From Saprolegnia diclina VS20 (taxonomy: Eukaryota), in the NCBI RefSeq assembly GCF_000281045.1, contig NW_008246113.1, forward strand, positions 301,623 to 321,622: a stretch of DNA of 20,000 bases, given 5' to 3'. Positions 1 to 10,275 of the stretch are shown piece after piece. The notes beneath the pieces were generated by a model, which saw only the letters and a list, made by a program, of their open reading frames with translations, was not told where the DNA came from and searched no databases. How positions within the stretch are numbered: position 1 is the first letter of the stretch; each line of letters opens with the position of its first letter. A program made the translations under genes and the position numbers.

Positions 1-505
1 CGCCAGAGTTCAAACGGGGCGACATGTACCGGCTTTGGGCCGTCGCGAAGACCTGTACGGCCGCATGCGGTGAGCCACGCTGCGCAAGAGCGTGCTAGCT
101 ACCGCACCTGTCCATGCTGCCGGCGCCACCGCGTCCTGGACCACGCGAATCATCCATCTTGCTAGTATACTTTTTGCGACCATTGGAATGGACAGACGAC
201 CGTCAACCTTCAAGAAACCAGAGCGCGGTTGAAGCACCCGGTACAAGCCAGAACTGAAGCGTCGCTACTGTCTTTCTAGATGCACACCGGCACCCACAAG
301 TGGCAACGACGCGAGGTAGATTCAAACCTCATGTGATCGAATCCGGCTCGAATCTTGACACGTCGTATGTCTCTTTCGCCAAAGCAACAAGCTAACGTGG
401 TACCCCGCGCCGGCCCAAGCTCGCAAACAGCTGTTCGACAGTCCAGATTCCTCACCAAGCCAGGCGCAAAACTTTGCTTCGGCGAGATTGCACTTACGTC
501 TCAAC

Positions 506-522
506 CTCATTCTTGCATTTGC
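506..522 (+). promoter_or_regulatory. Oomycete core promoter INR+FPR element upstream of the Na/Pi cotransporter
   Basis: CTCATTCTTGCATTTGC matches the oomycete initiator plus flanking promoter region consensus (TCATTYBNNNWTTY) and lies 15 nt before the ATG at 538. Confidence 0.7.
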
Positions 523-537
523 TTTTGACCACCAAGC

Positions 538-2088
538 ATGGTCGCTGCCAAGGAAACGGTGCTGCAGTCCGAGTCGGCCAACGTCGTCATGACGCCGGGC
601 CTCGCGGGTCGGTCGCCCAACGCCGCCATTGACTACACGGACGCCGACGAAGAGATCAAGCTCGAAGAAGAGGACAAGACGTTCGCCAACCTCCCGTGGT
701 ACATGAAGCTGTTCTGGGGCATCTTTTACTTTGTGCTGGCCATGAGCTCGCTCTACTTTTTCATGGTCGCTGTCAAGTGGATCGGCGAGTCGTTCTCGCT
801 CCTCCTCGGCTGCGAAGCCAAGTCGGCGTTCGCGTTTGCCGACAACCCGATCGCGGGTCTCATGGTCGGCGTCGTCTCGACCGCCATGCTGCACTCGTCC
901 GGCACGGTCACGTCCATCACCGTCGCCCTCGTGGGCGCCAAGGGTCTCACCGTGCGCCAAGGCGTCCCGATCATCATGGGCGCCAACGTCGGCACGTGCG
1001 TGACCTGCATCATGGTCGCCTTTGCGCAGATGGGCAAGCGCGACCAGTTTGAGCGCGCGATGGCGGCCGCGACCGTCCACGACATGTACAACATCTGGTC
1101 GGTCATCGTCCTCTTCCCGATCGAGCTCGTCTTCCACCCGCTCGAGCTCCTCTCCATGTCCATGTCGGGCGGCAAGGCCAACGCGTACTTTGAGTCGCCC
1201 GTCGACATCATTGTCAACCCGCTCGCGCAGCAGCTCATCCGCGTCGACAAGAGCATGATTGAAAAGGTGTCGCTCGGCAAGGTCACGTGTGAGAAGGCGG
1301 TGTTTCTCAAGGGCGGCGCGTTCCTCTCGTCGTACAAGAGCGGCTCGATGAGCGGCGGTGCCATCGGTGGCATCTGCCTCGCGATCGGCTTTACGCTCCT
1401 CGTCATGTCGCTCGTCTCGCTTGTCTACATGCTCCAAAAGCTCTTCCGCGGCTCGGCGCAAAAGACGATCCGCAAGGCGCTCGACTTTAACGGCTACGTC
1501 AACATCTTCCTCGGCACGCTCATCACGTTCTGCGTGCACTCGTCGACGGTGGTCACCTCGACCTTGACGCCGATGGCCGGTCTCGGGCTCATCACGCTCG
1601 AGCAGGTGTACCCGATCGTGATTGGCGCCAACCTCGGCACGACCGTGACGGCGCTGCTCGCGTCGTGGGTGACGGGGTCGCCGGACGCTGTCGCGATCGC
1701 GCTCGTGCACTTTTGGTTCAACATCTGGGGCATCTTCCTCTTCTACCCGATCCCGATCACGCGCAAGCCGATCCTGGACTGGGCGCGCCGCCTCGCCTTC
1801 TACAGCGCGCGGTGGCCGATGGTCGCAGGTCTCTTTCTGATGCTGCTCTTTTTGATCGTACCGGGCATCGCGCTCGCCTTGACGTACCTCTTCAAGGCTG
1901 GCACGACCGGTCTTGTCTTTGGCATCATCATTGTCGCCGCTGTCGTCGTGAGTATCGCGGGCTTTTACTACTGGTACCTCAAGAAGGGCGGCCGCGAAGT
2001 GTGGCACGCCTTCTTGGAGCGCAAGGCCGAGGCCCACGCCGCCAAGCACGGCCACGCGCACCCGGCGGCCGACAAGCCGCTCGTTTAA
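538..2088 (+). CDS. SLC34A: Sodium-dependent phosphate cotransporter, SLC34/NptA (PNaS) family, 516 aa, no introns
   Basis: Multi-TM protein with the two SLC34 repeat signatures: NPIAGLMVGVVSTAMLHSSGTVTSITVALV...PIIMGANVGTCVT and GTLITFCVHSSTVVTSTLTPMAGLGLI...IVIGANLGTTVTALLAS, plus AAATVHDMYN and IALVHFWFN. Strong GC3 codon bias. Confidence 0.95.
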   Translation: MVAAKETVLQSESANVVMTPGLAGRSPNAAIDYTDADEEIKLEEEDKTFANLPWYMKLFWGIFYFVLAMSSLYFFMVAVKWIGESFSLLLGCEAKSAFAFADNPIAGLMVGVVSTAMLHSSGTVTSITVALVGAKGLTVRQGVPIIMGANVGTCVTCIMVAFAQMGKRDQFERAMAAATVHDMYNIWSVIVLFPIELVFHPLELLSMSMSGGKANAYFESPVDIIVNPLAQQLIRVDKSMIEKVSLGKVTCEKAVFLKGGAFLSSYKSGSMSGGAIGGICLAIGFTLLVMSLVSLVYMLQKLFRGSAQKTIRKALDFNGYVNIFLGTLITFCVHSSTVVTSTLTPMAGLGLITLEQVYPIVIGANLGTTVTALLASWVTGSPDAVAIALVHFWFNIWGIFLFYPIPITRKPILDWARRLAFYSARWPMVAGLFLMLLFLIVPGIALALTYLFKAGTTGLVFGIIIVAAVVVSIAGFYYWYLKKGGREVWHAFLERKAEAHAAKHGHAHPAADKPLV

Positions 2089-2292
2089 TATCGTGGGATC
2101 GACGATCGATGTCGATATCCAGTCGTTTGTTTCTCTTTCATATACAGTGTTTGTTTTGCGATCGGTGCACTGTTTCTTGTTGACAGAATCTCTCCTTCTC
2201 CGGACAGTGGTTAAATCATTTCTGAGCCGCATTCTGAAACAGTGTTTTGCACATCACAAACAGTGCATTGAAACGTCGGTGTGATGTGAGCG

Positions 2293-2480
2293 CTACATGG
2301 CGATGGTCGGCAGTTCGTTCCATTCTCTTGAAGACGCTTGAGCAGCAGTGGCTGGTAGTGTGCATACTGTGCAGGTGTCGCGGTTCTGGTGCGCGTGAGC
2401 GCCTTGGCAGTCGCAAGAGCCGTCAATGTAGGGTTTGGGATCCGGCGCCTCGAATAGGACAAAATTGGTGCGACGCTTGC
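2293..2480 (-). pseudogene. Decayed, frameshifted remnant of the 3' end of the neighbouring ankyrin gene (2949-4124)
   Basis: 2292-2317 matches 2948-2973 at 23/26 nt, including the ATG-TAG end (ELPTIAM* vs EPPTTAM*). Further collinear blocks (agcgtcgc...cattgacg on the minus strand) have spacing of 41 vs 42 nt. The similar peptides are split over frames. Confidence 0.6.
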
Positions 2481-2948
2481 AAACGCTGAGCCACTGGCGT
2501 CGACAGCGGCGATGACCCTCTTGAAGAAGATGATGTCGACTGGAGGCTTGGTCCGTGCAGGAGCTCGTGCGCTCTCCGCATCTCCTCATACGTGGGTGTG
2601 GCGTCGAGGCCCTGCGCTTCTTCACTCGTTTGGCTTTGGACATCGAGGAGACTGGAACTGAAACTAACTATACTACACATAACACGGTCGAATCTTGTGT
2701 GGGTCCGTCGTGACGCGCCTTCAGCGGCGGCTTTGGCGGCAGCAGAGGCATCTGACTGCAAACGCTGTTTCGTATAAACAGTGTTTGGAAGGTCAATGCA
2801 GAGTTTCATGTCGTTTTGAGATAAGGGTTTACTACATGTGTGAAGCGCGACGATGTAATCCTACTAGCGATGATGTGCGAGTGTCATTGACTTGGCTAAT
2901 GGGCTGCGTGAGGCGGACTGTTCACTTGGAATAAGAAATTACACACTG

Positions 2949-4124
2949 CTACATGGCGGTTGTCGGCGGTTCGATACCAAATTCGCGGAAAAGGTCGAGT
3001 AGCGGCGCTGTGTCGTCGGTGTACGTGCGAAGGAGGTTGGCGTCAATGGAGGCGACGTCAAGGCGGAAGCCGTGCGAGAGAAGACAGCGCGCGACGCTCA
3101 GGCGCTTTCTTCACAGGGCTGAGGACACCGCTCCGTGCGGCACCGAGACCCGACCGGAGGCCAAGAGCTGCTCCACAATATCCACGTGGCTACGGCGCAG
3201 TGCTGCAGCGAACGCGACCTGGACTTGAAGGCTGTCGTCGTCCAGTGAGAGGAGGTATGCGACGATGTCGCGTCGGTTGTAGGCTGCCGCCACCACAATG
3301 GTGTACTGGCGTGGCCCGGCTCCACACTCCTCAAGGAGAAAACGGACGACGTCGAGGTGGTCACTCTTAATAGCTTGCTCGACGGCGTCGATGGAGCACG
3401 TATGGCCATCGCGATGGAGCATCTGAACGAATGCGAGCATGCCACTGCAGGCTGCCTCGTTCACGAGCTCAGCAAAGTGCGTCTCGGGCATTTGCGAGTA
3501 GAGGAACGTTGCGACGTCCAACGAGCGCATGAGGAGGGCCTTGCGCAAGGTATTGTCTGTCCACCCTTTGCGCGTGTACGCTCGCAGCAGCTCAAGATGG
3601 GCTACAGAGCAGTGGGATACCACACAACGTATTGGCAAGTGCTGCCCGATGGGACTGTCGTAGCCGTTTGGTGTCCACGGAAACAAGTGCTCGCCAAGCT
3701 GCGGTAGATGCTGGCGTAAGGTCATGAGGTACGAGGCAATCTCAAAGCGGCTGTGGCAGAAGGCGACGTCGATGGCCTCGGCGGAGGCGAGGTCTGGGCG
3801 ACAGGCCAGAATGCGCCGCGTCACGGAGAAGTCGCCTTCGTAGATCGCAAGATGCAGTGGAAGTCGCGCATCGCGCAAGCAATCGCGAGCTAAGCCGAGT
3901 GTGTACGGGGACAGGAAGGTAATAGGCATTGTCGGATCGTCGCTGTCGTAGATGGGCCGAAAGCCCGGCGGGAAGACGTAGACACTGGCGCGGTTGGAAG
4001 ACGTCGTGACCAACTCCACGGTGCGCGCCTCGAGAAAGCGACACCGGATGTCTTCGTAGACGCCAAATTGGAAGCCAAAGAGGAGCGCAGTCAGCGGCGC
4101 CGACGTCAGCACGACGCTCGCCAT
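2949..4124 (-). CDS. Oomycete-type ankyrin-repeat protein, interrupted by an in-frame TGA at 3113-3111 (truncated allele, recent pseudogene or sequencing error)
   Basis: ATG at 4124 (MASVVLTSAPLTALLFGFQFGV) follows an INR/FPR-like element. Ankyrin-like repeats include LHLAIYEGDFSVTRRIL, EAACSGMLAFVQMLH, QAIKSDHLDVVRFLL and AAAYNRRDIVAYLL. The frame stays open for 53 more codons after the TGA, to TAG at 2951-2949. Confidence 0.8.
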
Positions 4125-4127
4125 GGT

Positions 4128-4144
4128 GCAAAATGAAGAATGTG
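4128..4144 (-). promoter_or_regulatory. INR+FPR-like core promoter for the 4124 ankyrin gene
   Basis: The minus strand reads CACATTCTTCATTTTGC just before accATG. This supports 4124 rather than 4310 as the start. Confidence 0.5.
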
Positions 4145-5316
4145 GGGCCCGACATTCCGTGATTCGGATGCGTGGCTTTGTCCCGAATACAAAAAACAAG
4201 CTTATGACGTGGCAAGCTAATGGATGTTTTCGATGCGCATTCAAACGAAGCCATTTGCCGATGGATTTGCACCTGCTACTGATGAACCTTTCTATACATG
4301 TATTGTACAAGTATGCAACAAGTCGACCTTGCTAATCGTGAACAGCGAGTAACTCTAAACGCCGTGGTCGCCCTTGTGTTCTAACGAGAGTCCGCGTCCA
4401 GAATCATCAGTCAACGCACTCGGCATGTTAGCGTTGATCGAGTCGACGTCGTCACTCAAAAGAGATGGCTTTGTGGAGGGCAAGGTGGAGACCCACACCA
4501 CTAACGACTCACCAGTCGACACGAAGCTTGTGCATAGCTCGCATAGCGAGATCGGTATCAAACCACCAACAATAGGAGACACAGTATGGCATACCTACCT
4601 CTAGTCAATGACGTGGCGCGTCCTTTCGTCGTGTACACTTTGCCAGCAAATAGTCGCGATCGCAACATCTTGCACGATCCACTGCCACGTACCCTTGGAC
4701 GTACCTTGAGCTGCAGCACGCATACAAGAAATACCGTCGCTTGGCAGACGAAGGAGATGGAGGTCTAGGCTCCTTGGATACAAACATCGAGATCCGACGC
4801 TCTCGCCTCGAATGGCTTCCGCTACTGACAGCTGAATGCGAAGTGCAGACGATACCCCCTTTATCTTACCCTGAGGTCGACCTGGACCTCCTTTCTTTAG
4901 ATGAGCGCGATGGTAGTATACAGCCATCGACGACCTTTGTCCCTCCCGAGCCAACCTATTACCACTGCAAGCGCAGTTGCAGAGGGCCTCATCTACCTCG
5001 TTCATCACTACCATCTTGCTGCATCCCAGAGCGAGGCCCCGACTACGCGAGCATGCTTCGCCAAGCAAGCACTCCCCGGGGTTGGCCTCGTCCGACCTCC
5101 AGTCCTTCGAGACCCCTTGCCTCGCTCGCCACTGCTCGAGAGAGGGCTGATGCCCGTCTTCCTACTGCGTACCTACATGCGTCGACGCATGCGACTGCTT
5201 GTCCAGGCGTCGTTATGTCTCCTACATGGCCCATGAAGCATGTTGCAGTCGTCATCGACAAGGGTCGTCGGAGCAAGTCGCTGCCTGCATTTCCTCGATC
5301 AAGATGCAAGGGATGG

Positions 5317-5709
5317 CTACCCGTGGATGAGAAAGTCGCCGGCGAGCGCGGCGCGGCCGGCTTGGCGGTAGTTGCGGTCGGTCGGCGTGTGCGACGAGCG
5401 GAAGACGTGCGCGACCATGATGGGCCCGTCCTTGTCGCGGGCCTCGGCGACAACGAGGCGGAGGCGGACGTCGAGGTCCATGCAGCTCGCCATGGTGCGC
5501 TGGCGCTGGCTCTTGCGCAGCTCAAAGCCGAGGGCCCGCGTCAAGTCCTCGAACGTCGTCGTCGCCGGCCGCGAGAGCACGTCGTTCTTGACGTCGTTGA
5601 CCTTGTTCTGCATTGCAGTCTTGTGGAAGCCGTCTTCGTAGACCTGGTCCTTTAGAACCGCCCAGCGCCAGCGTAGGACGCCCTTGGTCGTGGCGGTACG
5701 GTCGAGCAT
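5317..5709 (-). CDS. Hypothetical protein (~130 aa; a further 3' exon is possible)
   Basis: GC3-rich frame from ATG 5709 (MLDRTATTKGVLRWRWAVLKDQVYEDGFHK...). The stop may lie inside a possible 36-nt GT..AG intron (5320-5285). No family recognised. Confidence 0.4.
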   Translation of the reverse strand: MLDRTATTKGVLRWRWAVLKDQVYEDGFHKTAMQNKVNDVKNDVLSRPATTTFEDLTRALGFELRKSQRQRTMASCMDLDVRLRLVVAEARDKDGPIMVAHVFRSSHTPTDRNYRQAGRAALAGDFLIHG

Positions 5710-6260
5710 CGTCGGTTTGTCGTCGGAGGTGGTACTACTACGACTCTCGAGCAGCTGCCAATCGCGAAATGCTCGTTCGCATCTGCCAACTCGGCGCCGA
5801 CCCCAAGGCGCATGAAGCGTGAGGCGACCATCGCGATGCGAGAGACGCAAGCGCTAGGAAGCCAAAGCCGTTGCATCGGCATTCGCTGGCCATGTCGGCG
5901 GCGTGCACCGGCCGACATGGAGCCATCGGCGCGTCGGTCGACTGCAACTTCAACCCTTGAAGGTGGCAAGCATGCCCAGGCGACGACCGTCGATTCGCCT
6001 AATACGAGACAAAGACCACGTCGCTACTCGCCGGCGCAGACGCCTCGCATCCGCTTGGCGCGGCCGCATTATCTCTGCGTGGCTGCCTCCACGAGGGCCA
6101 GCATGCGCGGAGGAGGCTGGCGTCGGCGAGGGCCATCGCTTGCTCGCTGCTGGTATCAACACGCAACAGCACCATGAAGCAAATCAACGTCATGGTGGTA
6201 TATTGGTGGCACGTCTGGGTTTACTTCTTCATTTGGCAGATATCTCGCGTCGATGGCTTC

Positions 6261-7448
6261 TTACTCCATCAACAAGACGACCTTGCGCTTCGTCGACCGG
6301 TTCATGACCTTCTCCAAGGCGCCGTCAAAGTCGCTGAACGGGTGCGTCTCGACCCACGTGCGCAGCTTGCCCGCCGCCATCAAGTCTGCCAGTTCCTACG
6401 TTCACCACAGCATGAGCTCGCCATAGACATATGGGCGGATCACGGACCTTGAGCATGGCCTTGCGCTCCTCGACGGGCGCGTGCTTGGCCCACTCCGTCA
6501 TCCAAAAGCCGCGGAGCGAAATGTCGTTGAAGACGAGCGCCGTCGTCGACGTCATGACGGGCTCGCGGGCCATGCCGCCGTACGTGACAGCGACGCCGCC
6601 CTTGGCGAGGACCTTGGTGATCTCGAGGCCGTTCTGGCCGCCGACGCAGTTGAAGGCGGCCTTGGGCGACGGGAGGTCGGCAATGAGGCGCTTGAAGTCG
6701 GCCGAGCCGAGGTAGTGGTCGGCGATGACGACCGTGGCGCCCAAGCCCTTGAGGTGCTCGACCGTCTCGGCGTAGTCGGTATCCTCGCGGATGACGTTGA
6801 TCGTCTGGATGCCGCGGAGGGCCGCGAGCTGGATCACGGCCTGGCCGACGGCCGAGTTGGCGCCGTTCTGGATGATGACGTCGCCCTTGCTAAGCTTGGC
6901 AAAGTCGGCCAAGAGGCGGTACGCCGTGCACGGGTTCACCTACAACGCGCTTGCGTCGGTCCACGTCCAACCTCCAACGGCGCTCGTACCGCCAACGTGG
7001 CCGCGTATTCAACAGGGATCGACTCGGGCACGACAAGCACCTCCGCTTCCTTGGCAACGGCCTCCGTGCGCCACGTGCCAAAGCCAGCAGCGGCAGGGAT
7101 GACACGGTCGCCGACCTTGAGCGTCGAGACGGCCTGGCCGACCGCCGTGACGCGGGCGACACCCTCGTTACCGCCAATGGCAGGCAGCGCAGCCTTGATG
7201 CCGTAGCCACCCATGACCATGCTCAGGTCGGCGGGGTTCACGGGCGCGGCCAAGAACTTGAGCGCAACCTCGTGCTGGCCGAGCGTCTTGGGCAAAAGGC
7301 CCACATCCTCGACCCTACTCGAAGCATGAGCCTCCAACGCACGCGCAACATGGAGCGCCTACTTGAGGACTTCCGTGGGCACGCCTTGCGCGTGGTAGCG
7401 GACGGCCGTCGCGAAGCGGCGATGAAGGACGGCGGCGCGGGACAGCAT
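6261..7448 (-). CDS. MECR: Mitochondrial trans-2-enoyl-CoA/ACP reductase (MDR family), 4 exons, 345 aa
   Basis: Exons 7448-7363, 7314-6990, 6939-6448 and 6395-6261 are joined by GT-AG introns of 48, 50 and 52 nt, giving 1038 nt in frame. The N-terminus MLSRAAVLHRRFATAVRY resembles a transit peptide. Motifs: AAPVNPAD..GGY, GGNEGV, GTWRT, ATLAVNPCTAYRLL, IIQNGANSAVGQAVIQLA, NCVGG, TYGGM, LRGFW. Confidence 0.95.
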
Positions 7449-8031
7449 GGCGCAGGTGGATGGACAGCCAGCAAAAACGGTTTGTGGTGGGCATTTGCTC
7501 AGTCATTTGTATCGGATTATAGAGGTTTTGAGGGACCCCACCAGGGACCGATCGCAAAGATGGATAGTACACTATTTAACGTATGGAATGCTACCATCGT
7601 GCGTAGCCTTCTCTGCATGCCATGTCGAGCCTACTCATTGCGTGCAATCATTGTCCACGCACTTGTTGGACGGATAGCCGCTCTCAACTCGCTAGTGAAA
7701 GCGCAAAACGTACCTGAACGACGCAGCATCAAAGTTTAGTACACTATTTCCGACGATTACGAAGGAGGGGGCCCATCAAATCGATGACATGCAAAGTGAG
7801 AGGTTTTCGCCCAATTCATTGTTCGAATTTGATTTTATGCACTTTTGATTATATATTTGTATTCTGCAATAAATGTATTGATTAAAATATGCTTTTTATT
7901 ACGATGGCGATTGAGATTTGCTTTTGAAGGCAACCGCAAGTGAGGATCGATGCCGAAGGGAGCTCGACCAGGGGTCATCACCGCCTTGTGGATGACCCTT
8001 GGGGCTGCATGTACATGGGCCATGCGCTCCT

Positions 8032-8290
8032 CTACGCATGACATAGGTGCTGCGGTGGTTGGCGGTATCGCGCAATGCACCATGGTCGGCGAAACTGCGC
8101 TGGCGGTGCGACCATGAGCTGCAGCACGAACGAGAAGGCGAGCCAGGAAAGCCAGAGGTAGAAGCCCACGAAGCTCAGCAATGGTAGCGTCGGGAGACTG
8201 TGGGCGTAGAAGAGTGCGAGCCGCCGGAACGAGCGGTCGCCGCCGAGGATCCACGAGCCCGACACGATGCAGGCGGGTGGCGCACGCTGT
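8032..8290 (-). pseudogene. Possible decayed membrane-protein gene fragment
   Basis: GC3-rich stretch reading SGSWILGGDRSFRRLALFYAHSLPTLPLLSFVGFYLWLSWLAFSFVLQLMV (one hydrophobic helix). No coherent gene model. Confidence 0.2.
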
Positions 8291-9118
8291 GTGGGCAGCG
8301 CTTATACAAAAGCAACGCAGCAAGCTCCAGGAATGGGTCGTATGCGAGGCTGTGCTGGATACGAAATGGCCGTGGCGAACGTGGTCGAGGCGTACGCACG
8401 CCTACGTTCGGAGCTGCTAGGAACCTCGGCGTGGTGCGCAGATTGCTTCTCAAGATGGGTCGCAGCTGCATTGCATCACCGCCAGTGTGGACAGGACGCA
8501 GTGGGCGACACGCAAACGCGAGCAGTGGATCTCTCTTGCTTGAGCGCAAAGAACAGCGCCATGGAATCCTATCACTCTCGTCCGTGTGCTGGTTTGAGTG
8601 GGCGCCTTCCTCGACCCCAGTGGTCACATGATCGGGAAGCACGCATCATTGTCATCGCCCTAGCGCTAGGTTGAGCACATGCCGTGTACGCCACCGGCGA
8701 GCAAACGTCCACGCCATCCGAATTACAACGCCATCAGGAACAAGCGAGGAGTCCTTGAGAAAAGAGGCACGGTGCGCCAAGTCTGTTCCTCCGCCGTCGC
8801 GCCTCGTCACACGTGGAATCATCGATCGCGACGACACAGTCAAATTGTACGAGCAACACGTCACCGTGCGTCCTTATGTGCGCTCCTCGGCATCGATGGA
8901 CGTATCACACTGCTGTGCCCCATAGACGAGCCACGGGCTATGAGCATCGCCGTGCCTTGACGTGCTCACGCAGCGCTCCATGGGACTGGGATTGGCCACA
9001 GCCACACGCACCTGTATGACGCTTCCTTGCTGCGTTCCGTCCGCCCACCGAAGGACAACGACGACGTGCGATGTTGAAGTTGGTCATCGAACCCGCAGAA
9101 GCCACTTGGCAACTTACC

Positions 9119-9772
9119 ATGCGACGCACAGCGACCAAGTCGGTGACGCCAACGGCGTGGACGACGCTGCTCGAGCAGCCTGATGTGTTTCGCGTCATCA
9201 CAGCGTTCCAACATGGCCTGCCGCGCGACCTGGCCAAGGCGTGCGCGCGCCAAGCACGCATTCTCGACGACCTCTGCTACTCGCTCAACCCGTGGCTCGC
9301 CCAGTACAGCGCCAAGCCCGTCTTCTACTGCCGCGTGCTCTTCAAACTCATAGCAGACGGCCATCTCGGTCGTGCCCACCGCCTCCTCGACGCCGCGCCA
9401 GCGCTCACAACGCCCCAAGGCGACTGGGCCTTTCTCTACGCGATCGACGCGGCCGCGCGTCTCGGCGACCTTGGCCTCGTCCGGCGGCTCCACGCGCGCG
9501 GCCTCGGGCGGTGCACGACAGCAGCCATGGACGCCGCTGCCGCCGCCGGGCACCTCGAGATGGTCGTCTTCCTCGGCGACCACCGGACCGAAGGCTGCAC
9601 GCAGGAGGGGCTCGAACGCGCATGGAAAGGGCAGTTTGTCGACATCGTTGCGTATTTGGAGGCCAAGTACCCGCAGCTCATATGCCGGAAGAAGCGCCAT
9701 TGGCAACACGTCGTGCGCACATGGTCTCGCAAGGCCCAGACGCTGCTGACCGCGCCACCCGTCGTCTCCTAG
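9119..9772 (+). CDS. Ankyrin-repeat protein of the local family (no CaaX); alternative start at 9071
   Basis: N-terminal motif LLEQPDVFRVITAFQHGLP. Repeats AIDAAARLGDLGLVRRLHARGLGRCTTAAMDAAAAAGHLEMVVFLGDHRTEGCT. Ends ...PPVVS*. Confidence 0.85.
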   Translation: MRRTATKSVTPTAWTTLLEQPDVFRVITAFQHGLPRDLAKACARQARILDDLCYSLNPWLAQYSAKPVFYCRVLFKLIADGHLGRAHRLLDAAPALTTPQGDWAFLYAIDAAARLGDLGLVRRLHARGLGRCTTAAMDAAAAAGHLEMVVFLGDHRTEGCTQEGLERAWKGQFVDIVAYLEAKYPQLICRKKRHWQHVVRTWSRKAQTLLTAPPVVS

Positions 9773-10201
9773 TCGCTTGCTAGTCGTTGTCCATGTCGTG
9801 TCGTAATAAACACCGCTTGTCTATCTTGTGGGTTGGGGCACCTTGCTCGCCGAGGTCCTGCGGCCGCTGGGGCAATGCAGCGTGGAACGTTCTGAAGCTA
9901 CTTGGTGCTCGTGCTGGTCCGACGAACTCGGAAGCCGACCGACGACGGTGGCGCCAGTCGCGGCAACGGCGACTCAGATGCGTGAGAAAACACATGGTCA
10001 TCAGCACGAACCCAGCCATGCACCCTTTTTGACAGGATACGGCTTGCACTCCTCTGTCGGGTGGTCCGAGTACAGGAGCCTGCGTACGACCTCGCGCGAG
10101 CTATGACTCGGCGAGTGGGGTCACAGGATGGATCTCTCCGGGCGCAGCTCACTCCCAACGACCAAGTGCTGGAGCCAACGCCCACCCATTCGGGCGTAGC
10201 G

Positions 10202-10251
10202 CTACGTATGCGAAGTCTTTGTGTCATAATGAAGATAACGCGGAACACGTT
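10202..10251 (+). repeat. Dispersed repeat, copy 1 (shortest)
   Basis: ctacgtatgcgaagtctttgtgtcataatgaagataacgcggaacacgtt followed by a TA-rich tract. It matches copies at 13767-13847 (-) and 15015-15092 (+). Confidence 0.85.
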
Positions 10252-10275
10252 TATATTATATATATATGGTTCCGC

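Noticed and set aside
322..2232. 636-aa minus-strand ORF
   Set aside because: Antisense shadow of the GC3-biased SLC34 gene; R/D/E/H-rich with no domain.
4125..4310. Upstream extensions of ankyrin ORFs (also 12531-12614, 14508-14687 and 17411-17434)
   Set aside because: Not homologous to the paralogs. Downstream ATGs sit just before the shared N-terminal motif, and an INR/FPR-like element precedes 4124.
4741..5655. 304-aa plus-strand ORF as a real gene
   Set aside because: Its 3' part is the antisense of the 5709-5317 ORF, and the rest is low-information P/S/R-rich sequence with no recognisable domain.
6325..7337. Two separate reductase ORFs suggesting a frameshifted gene
   Set aside because: Fully explained by three canonical GT-AG introns that give one intact MECR frame.
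8175..8674. Plus-strand peptides AARNLGVVRRL and WRTWSRR resembling ankyrin family pieces
   Set aside because: Too short and in the wrong order relative to the 9119 gene, so probably chance.
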